Shown piece by piece: positions 13,956 to 23,049 of a stretch of DNA of 32,000 nucleotides; positions within the stretch are counted from its first letter, which is position 1; each line of letters begins with the position of its first letter. The stretch comes from Candidatus Saccharimonadota bacterium (lineage in GTDB: Bacteria; Patescibacteriota; Saccharimonadia; Saccharimonadales; Saccharimonadaceae), in assembly GCA_020160975.1 (NCBI GenBank), contig JAIUPJ010000001.1, positions 480,001-512,000 of the forward strand. The letters run 5' to 3'. The position numbers and the translations under genes are program-made. The notes under the pieces were generated by a model. It worked only from the letters and a program-made list of their open reading frames with translations. It made no database searches and was not told the origin of the DNA.

Positions 13956-16445
13956 ATGAAGCTTAGTAAGGTGAGTGCATCTCGGCGATTATTGTTTATA
14001 CCGATCGCACTTTTTGCGCTTGCCACGATTATCGGTCAATCTCTCGTGGCGCCAGCCTCTGCTGCGCCTACCAAACAAGAGTGTTGGGATCAGCTGAACA
14101 ATAAACCTTATGAATATTCTAGGCAGACGATAGACAAGCAAAATCTGATAAATAGCTGTAAAAGTGCAGGGTTTTGTACTGTATCATCGTTTGACCTTGC
14201 TACCAATATCACAACATTATCCTGCGCCAACCCTAGTAGCCTTGGCAGCACCACAGTAGGAAAGACCGACGCGGAAGTAAAGCCACTTGTCACACTAGTG
14301 TGCGGCAACACACCTACTAGTGATCGGCTAATGGACGCCTATGTCCAGTGTGGCGACAATGTACGCAAGATATATTCATCCTGCAATTACACAGGTGGAT
14401 CCATCACTTCAAACATGCAAGATACTGTGGCAAATTCTAGTAAGTGTGTTTATGGTAAGCTCTCGAACCCTAAACCCTCTGCTAGCGCTGTCACCGATGC
14501 GGTGCAGGCGGGCAGAAATGCAGCAAACAATATTGTAGATGGAGCAATTGCAGATCAGGCAAAAAAAGAATTGCAGGCAAAATGTGACGAGCGTGCCAAG
14601 GCTGGCGAAAACGTAGAATGGAATGGAACAGAGTGTGCTCCAAAGGCCGATAGCAAAACAACCTGTGCAGTCAACGGCATTGGTTGGATCGTCTGCCCTG
14701 TTATGAACTTTCTCAGTAGTTTGATGGACAAAATGATCAAGTTCCTTGGTGAAAACTTCTTGCAGACAGAAGCCGACCTAGTCCAAGCAAATGACAGCAA
14801 CGGGACATATGTTGCCTGGAAAGTATTCCGCAATTACGCAAATGTCGCATTCATTGGGGTATTCTTGTTTATTATTTATTCTCAAATAACTGGTGCGGGT
14901 GCATCAAATTACGGCCTTAAACGCATGTTGCCACGACTTATCACAGCGGCGATCTTGGTTAATGTATCGTTCTTTATCTGCCAACTGGCCATTGATGCAA
15001 GTAATCTAGTAGGATTTGGTATATCTGAGTTATTCAATGGCATTACCCAGCAAGTAGCTACGAGCGGTACAGCCCAAACTACAGGTGCAGGTAGTTGGGA
15101 GAGTACGATCGGTGCAGTAATGATTGCTGGTGTCGGACTAGCGCTTGCGCTTGCGCTAGGTATTCTTGTACCCGCACTTTTAGCTGCACTTATGATTGTC
15201 ATCATATTGCTGATTCGAAAGGCGCTCATTGTTCTATTGATCGTAGTTGCGCCTCTTGCATTTGTTGCCTATTTACTCCCAAACACCGAGCAATGGTTTA
15301 AAAAATGGTATAAAATGCTGTTCAACCTACTCATGGTCTTTCCTATTATTGCTGCAGTGTTCGGAGGTAGCAAACTGGCTGCATCTATCATCAACACTAT
15401 AGGCGCTACCGCGACTAATGCAGCCACAGGCGAAGAAGATGCAAAGTTATCCTTGCAACTTATCGCACTTGGCATCACTGTTGTACCGTTCTTTGTTGTT
15501 CCAGCGTTACTAAAAGGCGCTATTGCTGCGTCCGGAGCTATCGGCGCAAGACTCGGTAATTATAGTGATCGCGCCAATAAGCGTGTTGGCGCAAGAAGCA
15601 AAGAGGGCTATCTTGGTCGGCAAATGGCCGAACGGAAAAAACTTGCTGCAGCGCGTAATGCTCAGATAGCAGGTGGAACCTACAAAGGTAAATACGGAAA
15701 ATGGAATCCTCGAAATCTCCGAAGCGCGACCTCAGGTGTACTGAACAGATCGAAAGTCACTGGACGAGCGGGTGATCGCATGGGCGCAATCGGTGCAGCA
15801 GTGTCGCAAAAAGACCAGAGTGAAGAGGTAGAGAACGAAGTGGCTCGCATGTCCAGTGAGTGGGGGCCCCATGAGGAGCTCAGCAAGGCATCGGAAGCAT
15901 ACGCAGCGGCATTGCATAGTGGAGATGTAGTTAAAGCACGCGCTGCGCAAAAGATACTTCTAGGTAAGGGAAATGCTGGAATTGCCGAGATTCGAAAGGG
16001 CGTTGCTTCCACAGACTCTATGTCAGACCAGCAAAGACTTGACAACAAGGCAATCGCTTACGCAAGAGGGGACTTAGCCTCTGCGGGCATTAAGGGTAAA
16101 GATGCCGCACTGAATGCCTGGAGCTATGATTCAAAGAGCAGGTCACTATCAAGTCATGATGCTAGTGCAGGTACGTTCGATGGGCTTACGGATGCAGAAA
16201 TGGCGGGGCAATCGGCAGGAAGTCTCGAAAAGGCGATTTCGGCAGGTGGCCTCACGGCTGAAAGAGCTGCTGGTATGCAGGATAATCCTAACGTATGGCA
16301 AAACCTATCAGAAGATAAAAGGAAAGTCATCATTGGAGCCCAGACTCGCGTCAGAGATACTGGTGCTGCACACGAAGAGGCGCTCGCACAAAATGCACTA
16401 TACGACATGAATAATAAAAATAACGGGCCTAGTTCAAACCCTTAG
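13956..16445 (+). CDS. VirB6/TrbL-like polytopic T4SS channel protein, paralog 2, with a Cys-rich exported N-domain
   Basis: 829 aa. Signal peptide ...APASAAP and a ~230-aa domain with ~12 Cys ending in CAVNGIGWIVCPVMNFL. Shares with paralog 1 the blocks FIGVFLFIIYSQITGAGASNYGLKRMLPRLI, AILVNVSFFICQLAIDASN and VAPLAFVAYLLPNTEQWFKKW. A/K/G-rich C-terminal tail. Confidence 0.75.
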   Translation: MKLSKVSASRRLLFIPIALFALATIIGQSLVAPASAAPTKQECWDQLNNKPYEYSRQTIDKQNLINSCKSAGFCTVSSFDLATNITTLSCANPSSLGSTTVGKTDAEVKPLVTLVCGNTPTSDRLMDAYVQCGDNVRKIYSSCNYTGGSITSNMQDTVANSSKCVYGKLSNPKPSASAVTDAVQAGRNAANNIVDGAIADQAKKELQAKCDERAKAGENVEWNGTECAPKADSKTTCAVNGIGWIVCPVMNFLSSLMDKMIKFLGENFLQTEADLVQANDSNGTYVAWKVFRNYANVAFIGVFLFIIYSQITGAGASNYGLKRMLPRLITAAILVNVSFFICQLAIDASNLVGFGISELFNGITQQVATSGTAQTTGAGSWESTIGAVMIAGVGLALALALGILVPALLAALMIVIILLIRKALIVLLIVVAPLAFVAYLLPNTEQWFKKWYKMLFNLLMVFPIIAAVFGGSKLAASIINTIGATATNAATGEEDAKLSLQLIALGITVVPFFVVPALLKGAIAASGAIGARLGNYSDRANKRVGARSKEGYLGRQMAERKKLAAARNAQIAGGTYKGKYGKWNPRNLRSATSGVLNRSKVTGRAGDRMGAIGAAVSQKDQSEEVENEVARMSSEWGPHEELSKASEAYAAALHSGDVVKARAAQKILLGKGNAGIAEIRKGVASTDSMSDQQRLDNKAIAYARGDLASAGIKGKDAALNAWSYDSKSRSLSSHDASAGTFDGLTDAEMAGQSAGSLEKAISAGGLTAERAAGMQDNPNVWQNLSEDKRKVIIGAQTRVRDTGAAHEEALAQNALYDMNNKNNGPSSNP

Positions 16446-16459
16446 GGTAGGTTATAGCT

Positions 16460-17506
16460 ATGGCGGTATACAAAGTCGCACAAGATGTAGAGGCAGATGA
16501 CAAGCTCATCGGGCCGTTTAGTTTTCGCCAGTTTGTCTACCTGATCATCGTGGCGCTGGCTGGGGCGCTGGCGTGGGGATTATCACGTGTTTTTACCCCG
16601 CTTTTCGTCCTGCCTTTACCGATCATAATTTTCTTTGGGGCGCTGGCACTACCGTTACGCAAGGATCAACCGATGGAGGTCTACCTAGCTGCCCTAGTGT
16701 CGTTCTATCTCAAACCTCGGCGTCGTCTCTGGGTACCTGATGGGGTGGAATCGCTGATCGAAATCACCGCACCAAAAATTGTCGAGGTGCAACGCACAAA
16801 AGACCTCTCCCAGGTAGAGGCAGAGAAACGACTCAGTTACCTGGCTGACATTGCCGACACTGGCGGCTGGGCGATTCGCCACACCACCGATCCATTCATG
16901 AACACTGCCATGAACAATGACGCATGGTTCGCTGCCCAGCAGACCGAGGACATGCTTGATAGCAGCGGGGGTATTGCTCAGTCATTTGACACCATGATCG
17001 CTCAGACCGACGAGCGCCGACGCCAAGAGATGGTCGAGCGCATGCACAATACCCAAGTTGCGGCATCACAACAAGCTCCTCAACCCCGTGTCACGCCGCT
17101 CGCTGACCCCTATGCCAATCTGTCAACACCTCAGCAACCCTCTCCAGTGGCACCTCAAGGTCAGACATCGCCAACCTTTGCACAATCTCCTGCGCCAGCC
17201 GCTGACGAACCATTCACGCAACCTCAATACAATCCGTACCCGACGTCGATCCACCAAAGTGTCATCCAGCCGCTTAGTCAACCTCAACCACAAACTACCC
17301 AGCCACCCGTTTCAACCCCTGACCAGACAACCCCGAGCCTAGGAGCCGAAAATACTAGCGTAAGCACTAGCGAGAAGCCTATCTCACCTGATATAATTAA
17401 TCTTGCAAACAACTCCGATTTATCTATCGAGACGATTCAGCGTGAGGCTGACCGTATCAGGAAGAAAGAAGAAGACGATGGTGAGGTCTTCATCTCGCTT
17501 CACTAA
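16460..17506 (+). CDS. PrgI/VirB3-like T4SS membrane protein with a long P/Q-rich C-terminal extension
   Basis: The N-terminus VAQDVEADDKLIGPFSFRQFVYLIIVALAGALAW plus a second TM matches the PrgI-family layout as I recall it. Residues ~190-300 are P/Q/S/T-rich. 348 aa, against ~100-130 aa for typical VirB3/PrgI. Confidence 0.65.
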   Translation: MAVYKVAQDVEADDKLIGPFSFRQFVYLIIVALAGALAWGLSRVFTPLFVLPLPIIIFFGALALPLRKDQPMEVYLAALVSFYLKPRRRLWVPDGVESLIEITAPKIVEVQRTKDLSQVEAEKRLSYLADIADTGGWAIRHTTDPFMNTAMNNDAWFAAQQTEDMLDSSGGIAQSFDTMIAQTDERRRQEMVERMHNTQVAASQQAPQPRVTPLADPYANLSTPQQPSPVAPQGQTSPTFAQSPAPAADEPFTQPQYNPYPTSIHQSVIQPLSQPQPQTTQPPVSTPDQTTPSLGAENTSVSTSEKPISPDIINLANNSDLSIETIQREADRIRKKEEDDGEVFISLH

Positions 17507-17538
17507 TAGTAGAGAATCGGCCTAATCAGGAGTGGGAA

Positions 17539-18459
17539 GTGCCGCCAAACAATCAACCGCCAATTACTTCCGTCCCTCCAGCCGGTGCTCCGGCTGGCAC
17601 TTTTGATGCGAGCATGCCGATGCAAGCTCCTCCTATGAATGCCCCAATGGCCGCCCCGATGACAGCGCCGATGGCCGCCCCTACTGCAAATCCTATCGCT
17701 CAACAGCCAGCCGGCAAATCGACACCAAAGGCCAACTCAACCCAAAACAGCCTCCTCCTGAGTGAACTTCGCGACGGTATGGTTATCATGTCGGACGGCA
17801 CATTCAGAGCAGTAATTGCCTGCAAATCGATTAACTTCGACCTCATGAGCTCGCGCGAACGAGAGGGTGTGGAGTATAGTTATCAAAACTTCCTCAACGC
17901 TCTCTACTTTCCGATCCAGATCTATGTTCGGTCTCAACGTGTTGACATTGGCCCCTACCTTGACCGGCTTGAAGACATTCGCCGCAATCAAGACAATATG
18001 CTCCTCAATGTCCTGATGGATGATTATATTCAATTTATCGATGTTCTCAGCCAAGAAGCGAATATCATGGACAAGAGCTTTTTCATCATCGTGCCTTTTT
18101 TCCCGAGCGGCGATGCCGCCAAAGTGATGGAGCAGGGCAAGGGATTCTTCGACAAGTTTTTTGGTGGGGCCAAGGCAAATGCTACAATCACACGCATCGA
18201 TAAAGCCACCTACCAAAAGGCCAAGGACGAGATCAAAAACCGTGTCGATTCTGTCATGAGCGGCCTGTTGCAGGTCGGTATTCAGGCAGTACAGCTCAAT
18301 ACAAAAGAGCTTGGCGAGTTGTATTACAACGTTTACAACCCCGACACCGCTGTACGTGAACCGCTTGGCGACTTTAGTTCAGTGACATCAACCTATGTAC
18401 GTCGTGGTGGCGAGCCACTACAGCAACCAACCCAAGGAGTGCCAAATGGCCAAGCGTAA
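17539..18459 (+). CDS. hypothetical T4SS protein; the central domain resembles the non-ATPase N-terminal domain of VirB4-family proteins
   Basis: GTG start with AGGAG 6 nt upstream. A/P/M-rich N-terminus (APPMNAPMAAPMTAPMAAP), then LRDGMVIMSDGTFRAVIACKSINFDLMSSREREGVEYSYQNFLNALYFPIQIYVRSQRVDIGPYL. No Walker motifs and no TM. Overlaps virB4 by 14 nt. Confidence 0.6.
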   Translation: MPPNNQPPITSVPPAGAPAGTFDASMPMQAPPMNAPMAAPMTAPMAAPTANPIAQQPAGKSTPKANSTQNSLLLSELRDGMVIMSDGTFRAVIACKSINFDLMSSREREGVEYSYQNFLNALYFPIQIYVRSQRVDIGPYLDRLEDIRRNQDNMLLNVLMDDYIQFIDVLSQEANIMDKSFFIIVPFFPSGDAAKVMEQGKGFFDKFFGGAKANATITRIDKATYQKAKDEIKNRVDSVMSGLLQVGIQAVQLNTKELGELYYNVYNPDTAVREPLGDFSSVTSTYVRRGGEPLQQPTQGVPNGQA

Positions 18460-20296
18460 AGACCCGATGGATATCGCTGCCGAGCAGCGTGTCAAAGAGC
18501 AGGCCGAAGTTGAGCAAGCTTTTCTCAAGGGAATGACCACACTGCGTGACCTGATCGCGCCAAGCAGCCTCGAGATTCATAGTAGCCACTTCCGTCTCGG
18601 TACAAAGTACGGCCGCACGATGTATATCTATGGCTATCCCCGCGAACTCTATACCGGCTGGCTATCTGGACTCATCAATATCGATCAAGTGCTCGACATC
18701 AGTATGTTTGTCTACCCGGTTGAAACCGCGGTTGTTCTCAAAAACCTTGCCAAAAAAGTCACCCAGCTCGAAGCTGACATGTCTATCAGTGCCGACAAAG
18801 GCCGCACCCGCGACCCAGGCCGCGAAGCTGCCTTGCAGGATGCCGAGGAGCTACGCGACCAGCTACAAGTTGGGGCCGAGCGTTTTTTCCGCTTTGGTCT
18901 CTATGTCACGATTTATGCCGATAGTCTAGAAGAGCTTGGGTTTGTGCAGCACAACCTAGAAACACTCTTTGGGCAACAGCTTGTCTATAGCAAGGTTGCG
19001 AGCAGCCAACAAGAACAGGGGCTCAATAGCACTATTCCGCAGATGTCCGACCAATTGCAGATTCGCCGCAACATGAATACTGGAGCAATCTCGACGAGCT
19101 TCCCATTCACCAGCGCCGACCTGACACAAGAAAAAGGCGTGTTATATGGCATTAACATGCATAACAACGGTCTCGTGATCTTTGACCGCTACAGTCTCGA
19201 AAACGCCAATATGGTGGTGTTTGCAAAATCTGGTGCAGGTAAGTCGTTTACCGTCAAGCTCGAGGCACTGCGTAGTATGATGACCGGCGCCGATATTCTC
19301 ATCATCGACCCTGAAAACGAGTACCAAAAACTCAGCGATGCCGTCGGCGGCAGCTACATTCGTCTCAGCCTCAATAGCGATACGCGCATCAACCCGTTTG
19401 ATTTGCCGCGCGTTATCGACAGCGACGAGGCCGATGATGCCCTGCGAGCCAACCTCGTGACACTCCATGGTCTTCTTCGACTGATGCTCGGCGGCTCACA
19501 GCAAACGGCAAGCGGACAGCTAATGGCTGGTCTGACGCCGGCTGAAGAAGCTGATCTCGACCAGGGACTGATCGATACGTATGCTCGCGCTGGCATCACC
19601 AGCGACCCGCTAACGCACGATTCCACGCCGCCAACTATCGGCGATCTCTACGACACACTGCTCCACATGGGCGGCACGGGGCCTGCACTCGCTCAGCGCC
19701 TACGCAAGTACACGAGCGGGACTTTCGCCGGTATCTTTAGCCAGCAGAGCAACATCGACATCAACAACAATATGGTTGTCTTCAACATTCGCGATCTTGA
19801 GGACGAACTTCGCCCTGTTGCGATGTATATCGTGCTCAGTCACATCTGGAATATCACACGCACCGTCCAGAAAAAGCGCATGCTGATCGTTGATGAGGCT
19901 TGGCAGCTGATGAAATACGATGACTCTGCAAACTTCCTCTTCAGCCTCGCCAAGCGCGCCCGTAAGTATTTCCTCGGTCTCACTACTATCACACAGGACG
20001 TCGAGGACTTTATGGGCAGCAAAATGGGTCGTGCTATCGTTGCCAACTCCTCCATGCAGCTACTTCTCAAGCAGTCGTCCAGTGCTGTCGATGTACTTGG
20101 TGATGTCTTCAAACTCACCGAGGAGGAGCGCAAACGTCTTGCCAATTTCCCAGTTGGACAAGGCTTGTTCTTTGCCGGCCAAAATCACGTTCATATCCAG
20201 ATCATCGCCAGCCAAACCGAAACCGGGCTGATCACTACCAATCCGCAAGCCTCACTCCTCCAAAACCAGCAACCAGGAGCTGGGCAAGGAGCATAA
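18446..20296 (+). CDS. virB4: VirB4-family T4SS ATPase
   Basis: Walker A VVFAKSGAGKSFTVK, Walker B RMLIVDEAWQLM, and an N-domain YGRTMYIYGYPRELYTGWLSGLINIDQVLDISMFVYP. Start set at ATG 18446 (MAKRKDP), with AAGGAG 6 nt upstream. Confidence 0.9.
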   Translation: MAKRKDPMDIAAEQRVKEQAEVEQAFLKGMTTLRDLIAPSSLEIHSSHFRLGTKYGRTMYIYGYPRELYTGWLSGLINIDQVLDISMFVYPVETAVVLKNLAKKVTQLEADMSISADKGRTRDPGREAALQDAEELRDQLQVGAERFFRFGLYVTIYADSLEELGFVQHNLETLFGQQLVYSKVASSQQEQGLNSTIPQMSDQLQIRRNMNTGAISTSFPFTSADLTQEKGVLYGINMHNNGLVIFDRYSLENANMVVFAKSGAGKSFTVKLEALRSMMTGADILIIDPENEYQKLSDAVGGSYIRLSLNSDTRINPFDLPRVIDSDEADDALRANLVTLHGLLRLMLGGSQQTASGQLMAGLTPAEEADLDQGLIDTYARAGITSDPLTHDSTPPTIGDLYDTLLHMGGTGPALAQRLRKYTSGTFAGIFSQQSNIDINNNMVVFNIRDLEDELRPVAMYIVLSHIWNITRTVQKKRMLIVDEAWQLMKYDDSANFLFSLAKRARKYFLGLTTITQDVEDFMGSKMGRAIVANSSMQLLLKQSSSAVDVLGDVFKLTEEERKRLANFPVGQGLFFAGQNHVHIQIIASQTETGLITTNPQASLLQNQQPGAGQGA

Positions 20297-20301
20297 AATA
20301 A

Positions 20302-23049
20302 ATGGCAGATCCTGACGACCGAATCGGCGATAAATTTGAACAGGGCAAAGGCGCTTACTCAACAGCAGGTGATCTAAAAGACGCAGAAAACGCCAACAGC
20401 ACCTACCAGGACGGCGAGGGAAGTACCGAGCAACCCGGCGATGCCGTCCGCGATGCCGAATCATCCTCCAGCGGATCGTGGAGTACAAATCTCGATAGCT
20501 TCAGGGATAGTAACAATACAAATAAATCCGCCAATCCAGTGGTGACTGTCCTCAAAAAAGGCGGCCCGGGTGGAATTATGGGTGGCGGGCTTATCGCTTT
20601 TCTTTTCATGTCTTTTTTTGTCGCCCCAGGCTCACTGCTAATAAATCTCAAAGAAAACTTCGTTGCAAACTTTGATCAACAGGCCGTTACAGCTCAAAGT
20701 CGCACCAACCGAATGATGGTAAAGCGTCTCACCGACACAGATACTAAGGGCGCATGTACTACAATCAAGCTCGCGTGTAAGTATACAAAACCAAGCAAAC
20801 GGTTCTTAACGAACCTCAATGATGCCGGCATCAAAGCTATTGCTGCTGATGGTACCGAAATGACTCCAGATGACCAGCGATGGGGGAGTAGAGAGCGTCC
20901 TGCCAAGTACAAACTAGCCGACGGTTCGCTTGAGTTCAATGCTAAGGAATTTAACACCGCTCTCCGCAACAATCCTGCCGTACGGGTTGCCTTTACAAAA
21001 GCTCACAATCCACGTTGGGTGAATTGGGTGGACAAAAAAGCCATAACATTTTTTCAAAAAAATGGTGCTTCAAAGCTTGTCAGCAAGATTTTTAGCGAAA
21101 AGGATGTTAAAGCCCGACAAGATGCATTTGATGATTTACTAAAAAATAAGAATACCAGTGCCACAGCAGTAAAAGATGCTGTTAATAGTGAAGGTAAAAA
21201 ACTCGCAAAATCAACCGCAAAAAAAATTAGCGGTAAGACTGATGCGGTATTTATTGGAACAGCAGTTGCATGCGCGGGATTTAAAGTACCCGGAGCAGTC
21301 AGTAATGTTTTTCGTGCGTACAGAATGCGTAATGTGATTGCCGCTGGGTTTGTATTCCTGACGCTTGCGGATGCTATTAAATCCGGCAGCGATGTCACAC
21401 CGGAACAATCCTCGGCAGCAGGCGACATGCTCACTGCAGTAGTAGCTGGTAAGTCTGCTATGGATGGGTCAGTAAAGTATGGATTATTCAAGGACGCCGC
21501 TTCAGCATCGAATTCTTCGTCATTAAAAAAATTTATGCCCGGTGCTGGACTTGGCATACTTGATACATTTAACAAAATTGCCAATGGAAAGGCAGCTCAG
21601 CAGTCCTGTGCCGTGGCAAATAGTGCCGAACTTCAAGCAGTGGTAGCGGCAGCAAAAATTGCAAACTCCTGGAACCCTGCTGGGTGGATAGCAATCCTTG
21701 AAACTGTAGTAGCGTTTGCTGGTTCGGCTCTTATTGGCAAGATTATCGAAGTTTCAGCACCGTATATTATTGATTTTATGAGTGGGCTAATCGACTGGAA
21801 TAAAGCACTTGACCTGATTATCGGCAATGACGCAGTTGGAGTGACGGGAGAAGAATTGGGTGATGTCGTATCACTCGGTGGTGCACTCGGTATGGGGCAA
21901 CTCGCTAATCAAGGTGGCAATATACCCCTGACGCCCGCTCAAAAAGTTGCCTTCGACCAGTCAATTACAACCCCAACACAGTTAGCCTGGGCAGAAGAAG
22001 ACCGACTCACCCATAGTCCACTCGACGCGACAAACCCAAACACTGCGCTCGGTGCTATTACTACAAAACTTCTCCCGCTCATGGCAAGTGTTCGATCAGC
22101 AAGTAGTTTTCTCACGCTATTACCACAAACCTCATTGGGTGGTTTTGGCTCAATGCTCCGTAGCCAATCGGTACATGCAGCCAGTGAGGCAGACTGGGAG
22201 CTCTGCAAGGACGATTATGCAATTAAAGCATCGGGAGTCGCAGCCGGGCCACTATGCGACATACAATATGGGGTACCTGCAGAATATATGGGTCTTGACC
22301 CAGAAGACGTGCTGACCCACCTGAAAGATCTCGACCAAATAGATGATGAAGGAAATCCGAAATCAGGCAGTGATCTTGAGGAGTATGTCGCTGCTTGTAA
22401 TGATGGACTACCGTCAATCCCTGATGACTGCATCATAACACCAGGAGACGACAAAAGTGCGTATTTTGCGCTATATCAGATCGATACCAGAGTTATCGAC
22501 ACTATGGATAACGAGCCACCTACACCGGGAGGAGGTGGCAGTAGTGGTAGTGCAACAACTGGCGGGGGAGCGGTGTCTGGGTCTGATATTGAAATCGCCA
22601 AGATGATCGTCGCTAATCCAAACATCGCGGTAGATAGTAAGTATGCAGGGCAAATACAAGCATATGCCAATGGAGACACGAGTTGTAGAATAGATTCCAG
22701 TATTCTCAAGCTCATCGCAACACTTGGGCAGTCTTTCAAGATTACTATATCCTCACTCAATCGATTCTGTACCAACACTCTTACCGCATCTGGAGCAAGA
22801 AGTCTTCATTATGCAAGCGGCGGGGGAGGTGCGGTGGATATATCAATTATCAACGGCACCCCAGCTAGTGGTGGTAATGCAGCTGATATAGAGGTCTACA
22901 ATCGGGCGCTAAGCATCCTACCAGACAGAAAACTTGAACTCGGCCAAATTAACTGTCGGCCAGCAAGTGCTGTCGTAATTCCTCCAGGCAATAGTTCTGT
23001 TCAAGTTACCGACTCCTGTAACCATGTACACATCGGAGTTTACCCGTGA
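20302..23049 (+). CDS. large membrane-anchored protein with a C-terminal LAS-type (M15-like) zinc peptidase domain
   Basis: 915 aa. Acidic disordered N-terminus, one TM (GIMGGGLIAFLFMSFFVAPGSLLI), a ~600-aa central region, a Gly-rich linker (PPTPGGGGSSGSATTGGGAVSGS), then SLHYASGGGGAVDI ... DSCNHVHIGV (H-x-D and H-x-H metal-ligand pattern). Confidence 0.7.
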   Translation: MADPDDRIGDKFEQGKGAYSTAGDLKDAENANSTYQDGEGSTEQPGDAVRDAESSSSGSWSTNLDSFRDSNNTNKSANPVVTVLKKGGPGGIMGGGLIAFLFMSFFVAPGSLLINLKENFVANFDQQAVTAQSRTNRMMVKRLTDTDTKGACTTIKLACKYTKPSKRFLTNLNDAGIKAIAADGTEMTPDDQRWGSRERPAKYKLADGSLEFNAKEFNTALRNNPAVRVAFTKAHNPRWVNWVDKKAITFFQKNGASKLVSKIFSEKDVKARQDAFDDLLKNKNTSATAVKDAVNSEGKKLAKSTAKKISGKTDAVFIGTAVACAGFKVPGAVSNVFRAYRMRNVIAAGFVFLTLADAIKSGSDVTPEQSSAAGDMLTAVVAGKSAMDGSVKYGLFKDAASASNSSSLKKFMPGAGLGILDTFNKIANGKAAQQSCAVANSAELQAVVAAAKIANSWNPAGWIAILETVVAFAGSALIGKIIEVSAPYIIDFMSGLIDWNKALDLIIGNDAVGVTGEELGDVVSLGGALGMGQLANQGGNIPLTPAQKVAFDQSITTPTQLAWAEEDRLTHSPLDATNPNTALGAITTKLLPLMASVRSASSFLTLLPQTSLGGFGSMLRSQSVHAASEADWELCKDDYAIKASGVAAGPLCDIQYGVPAEYMGLDPEDVLTHLKDLDQIDDEGNPKSGSDLEEYVAACNDGLPSIPDDCIITPGDDKSAYFALYQIDTRVIDTMDNEPPTPGGGGSSGSATTGGGAVSGSDIEIAKMIVANPNIAVDSKYAGQIQAYANGDTSCRIDSSILKLIATLGQSFKITISSLNRFCTNTLTASGARSLHYASGGGGAVDISIINGTPASGGNAADIEVYNRALSILPDRKLELGQINCRPASAVVIPPGNSSVQVTDSCNHVHIGVYP

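Noticed and set aside
17539-20296. Idea that 17539..18459 and 18446..20296 are one virB4 gene split by a frameshift or sequencing error
   Set aside because: The downstream ORF already has a complete VirB4-like N-domain, its own AAGGAG-ATG start and the ATPase domain. The 14-nt overlap contains no slippery run. I treat them as two genes.
21219-21226. Homopolymer tracts as phase-variation switches (A8 at 21219-21226; A7/T7 runs near 14557, 20610, 21054, 21523 and 24685)
   Set aside because: The tracts are short (7-8 nt), encode ordinary Lys/Phe codons and are scattered rather than near 5' ends. There is no evidence of slippage from a single sequence.
21190-21240. Walker-A-like string AKKISGKT ([AG]-x4-GK[ST]) in the 915-aa protein, which could indicate a second ATPase
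   Set aside because: It lies in a lysine-rich, probably non-globular stretch next to hydrophobic segments, with no Walker B or other NTPase motifs nearby. It is most likely a chance match.
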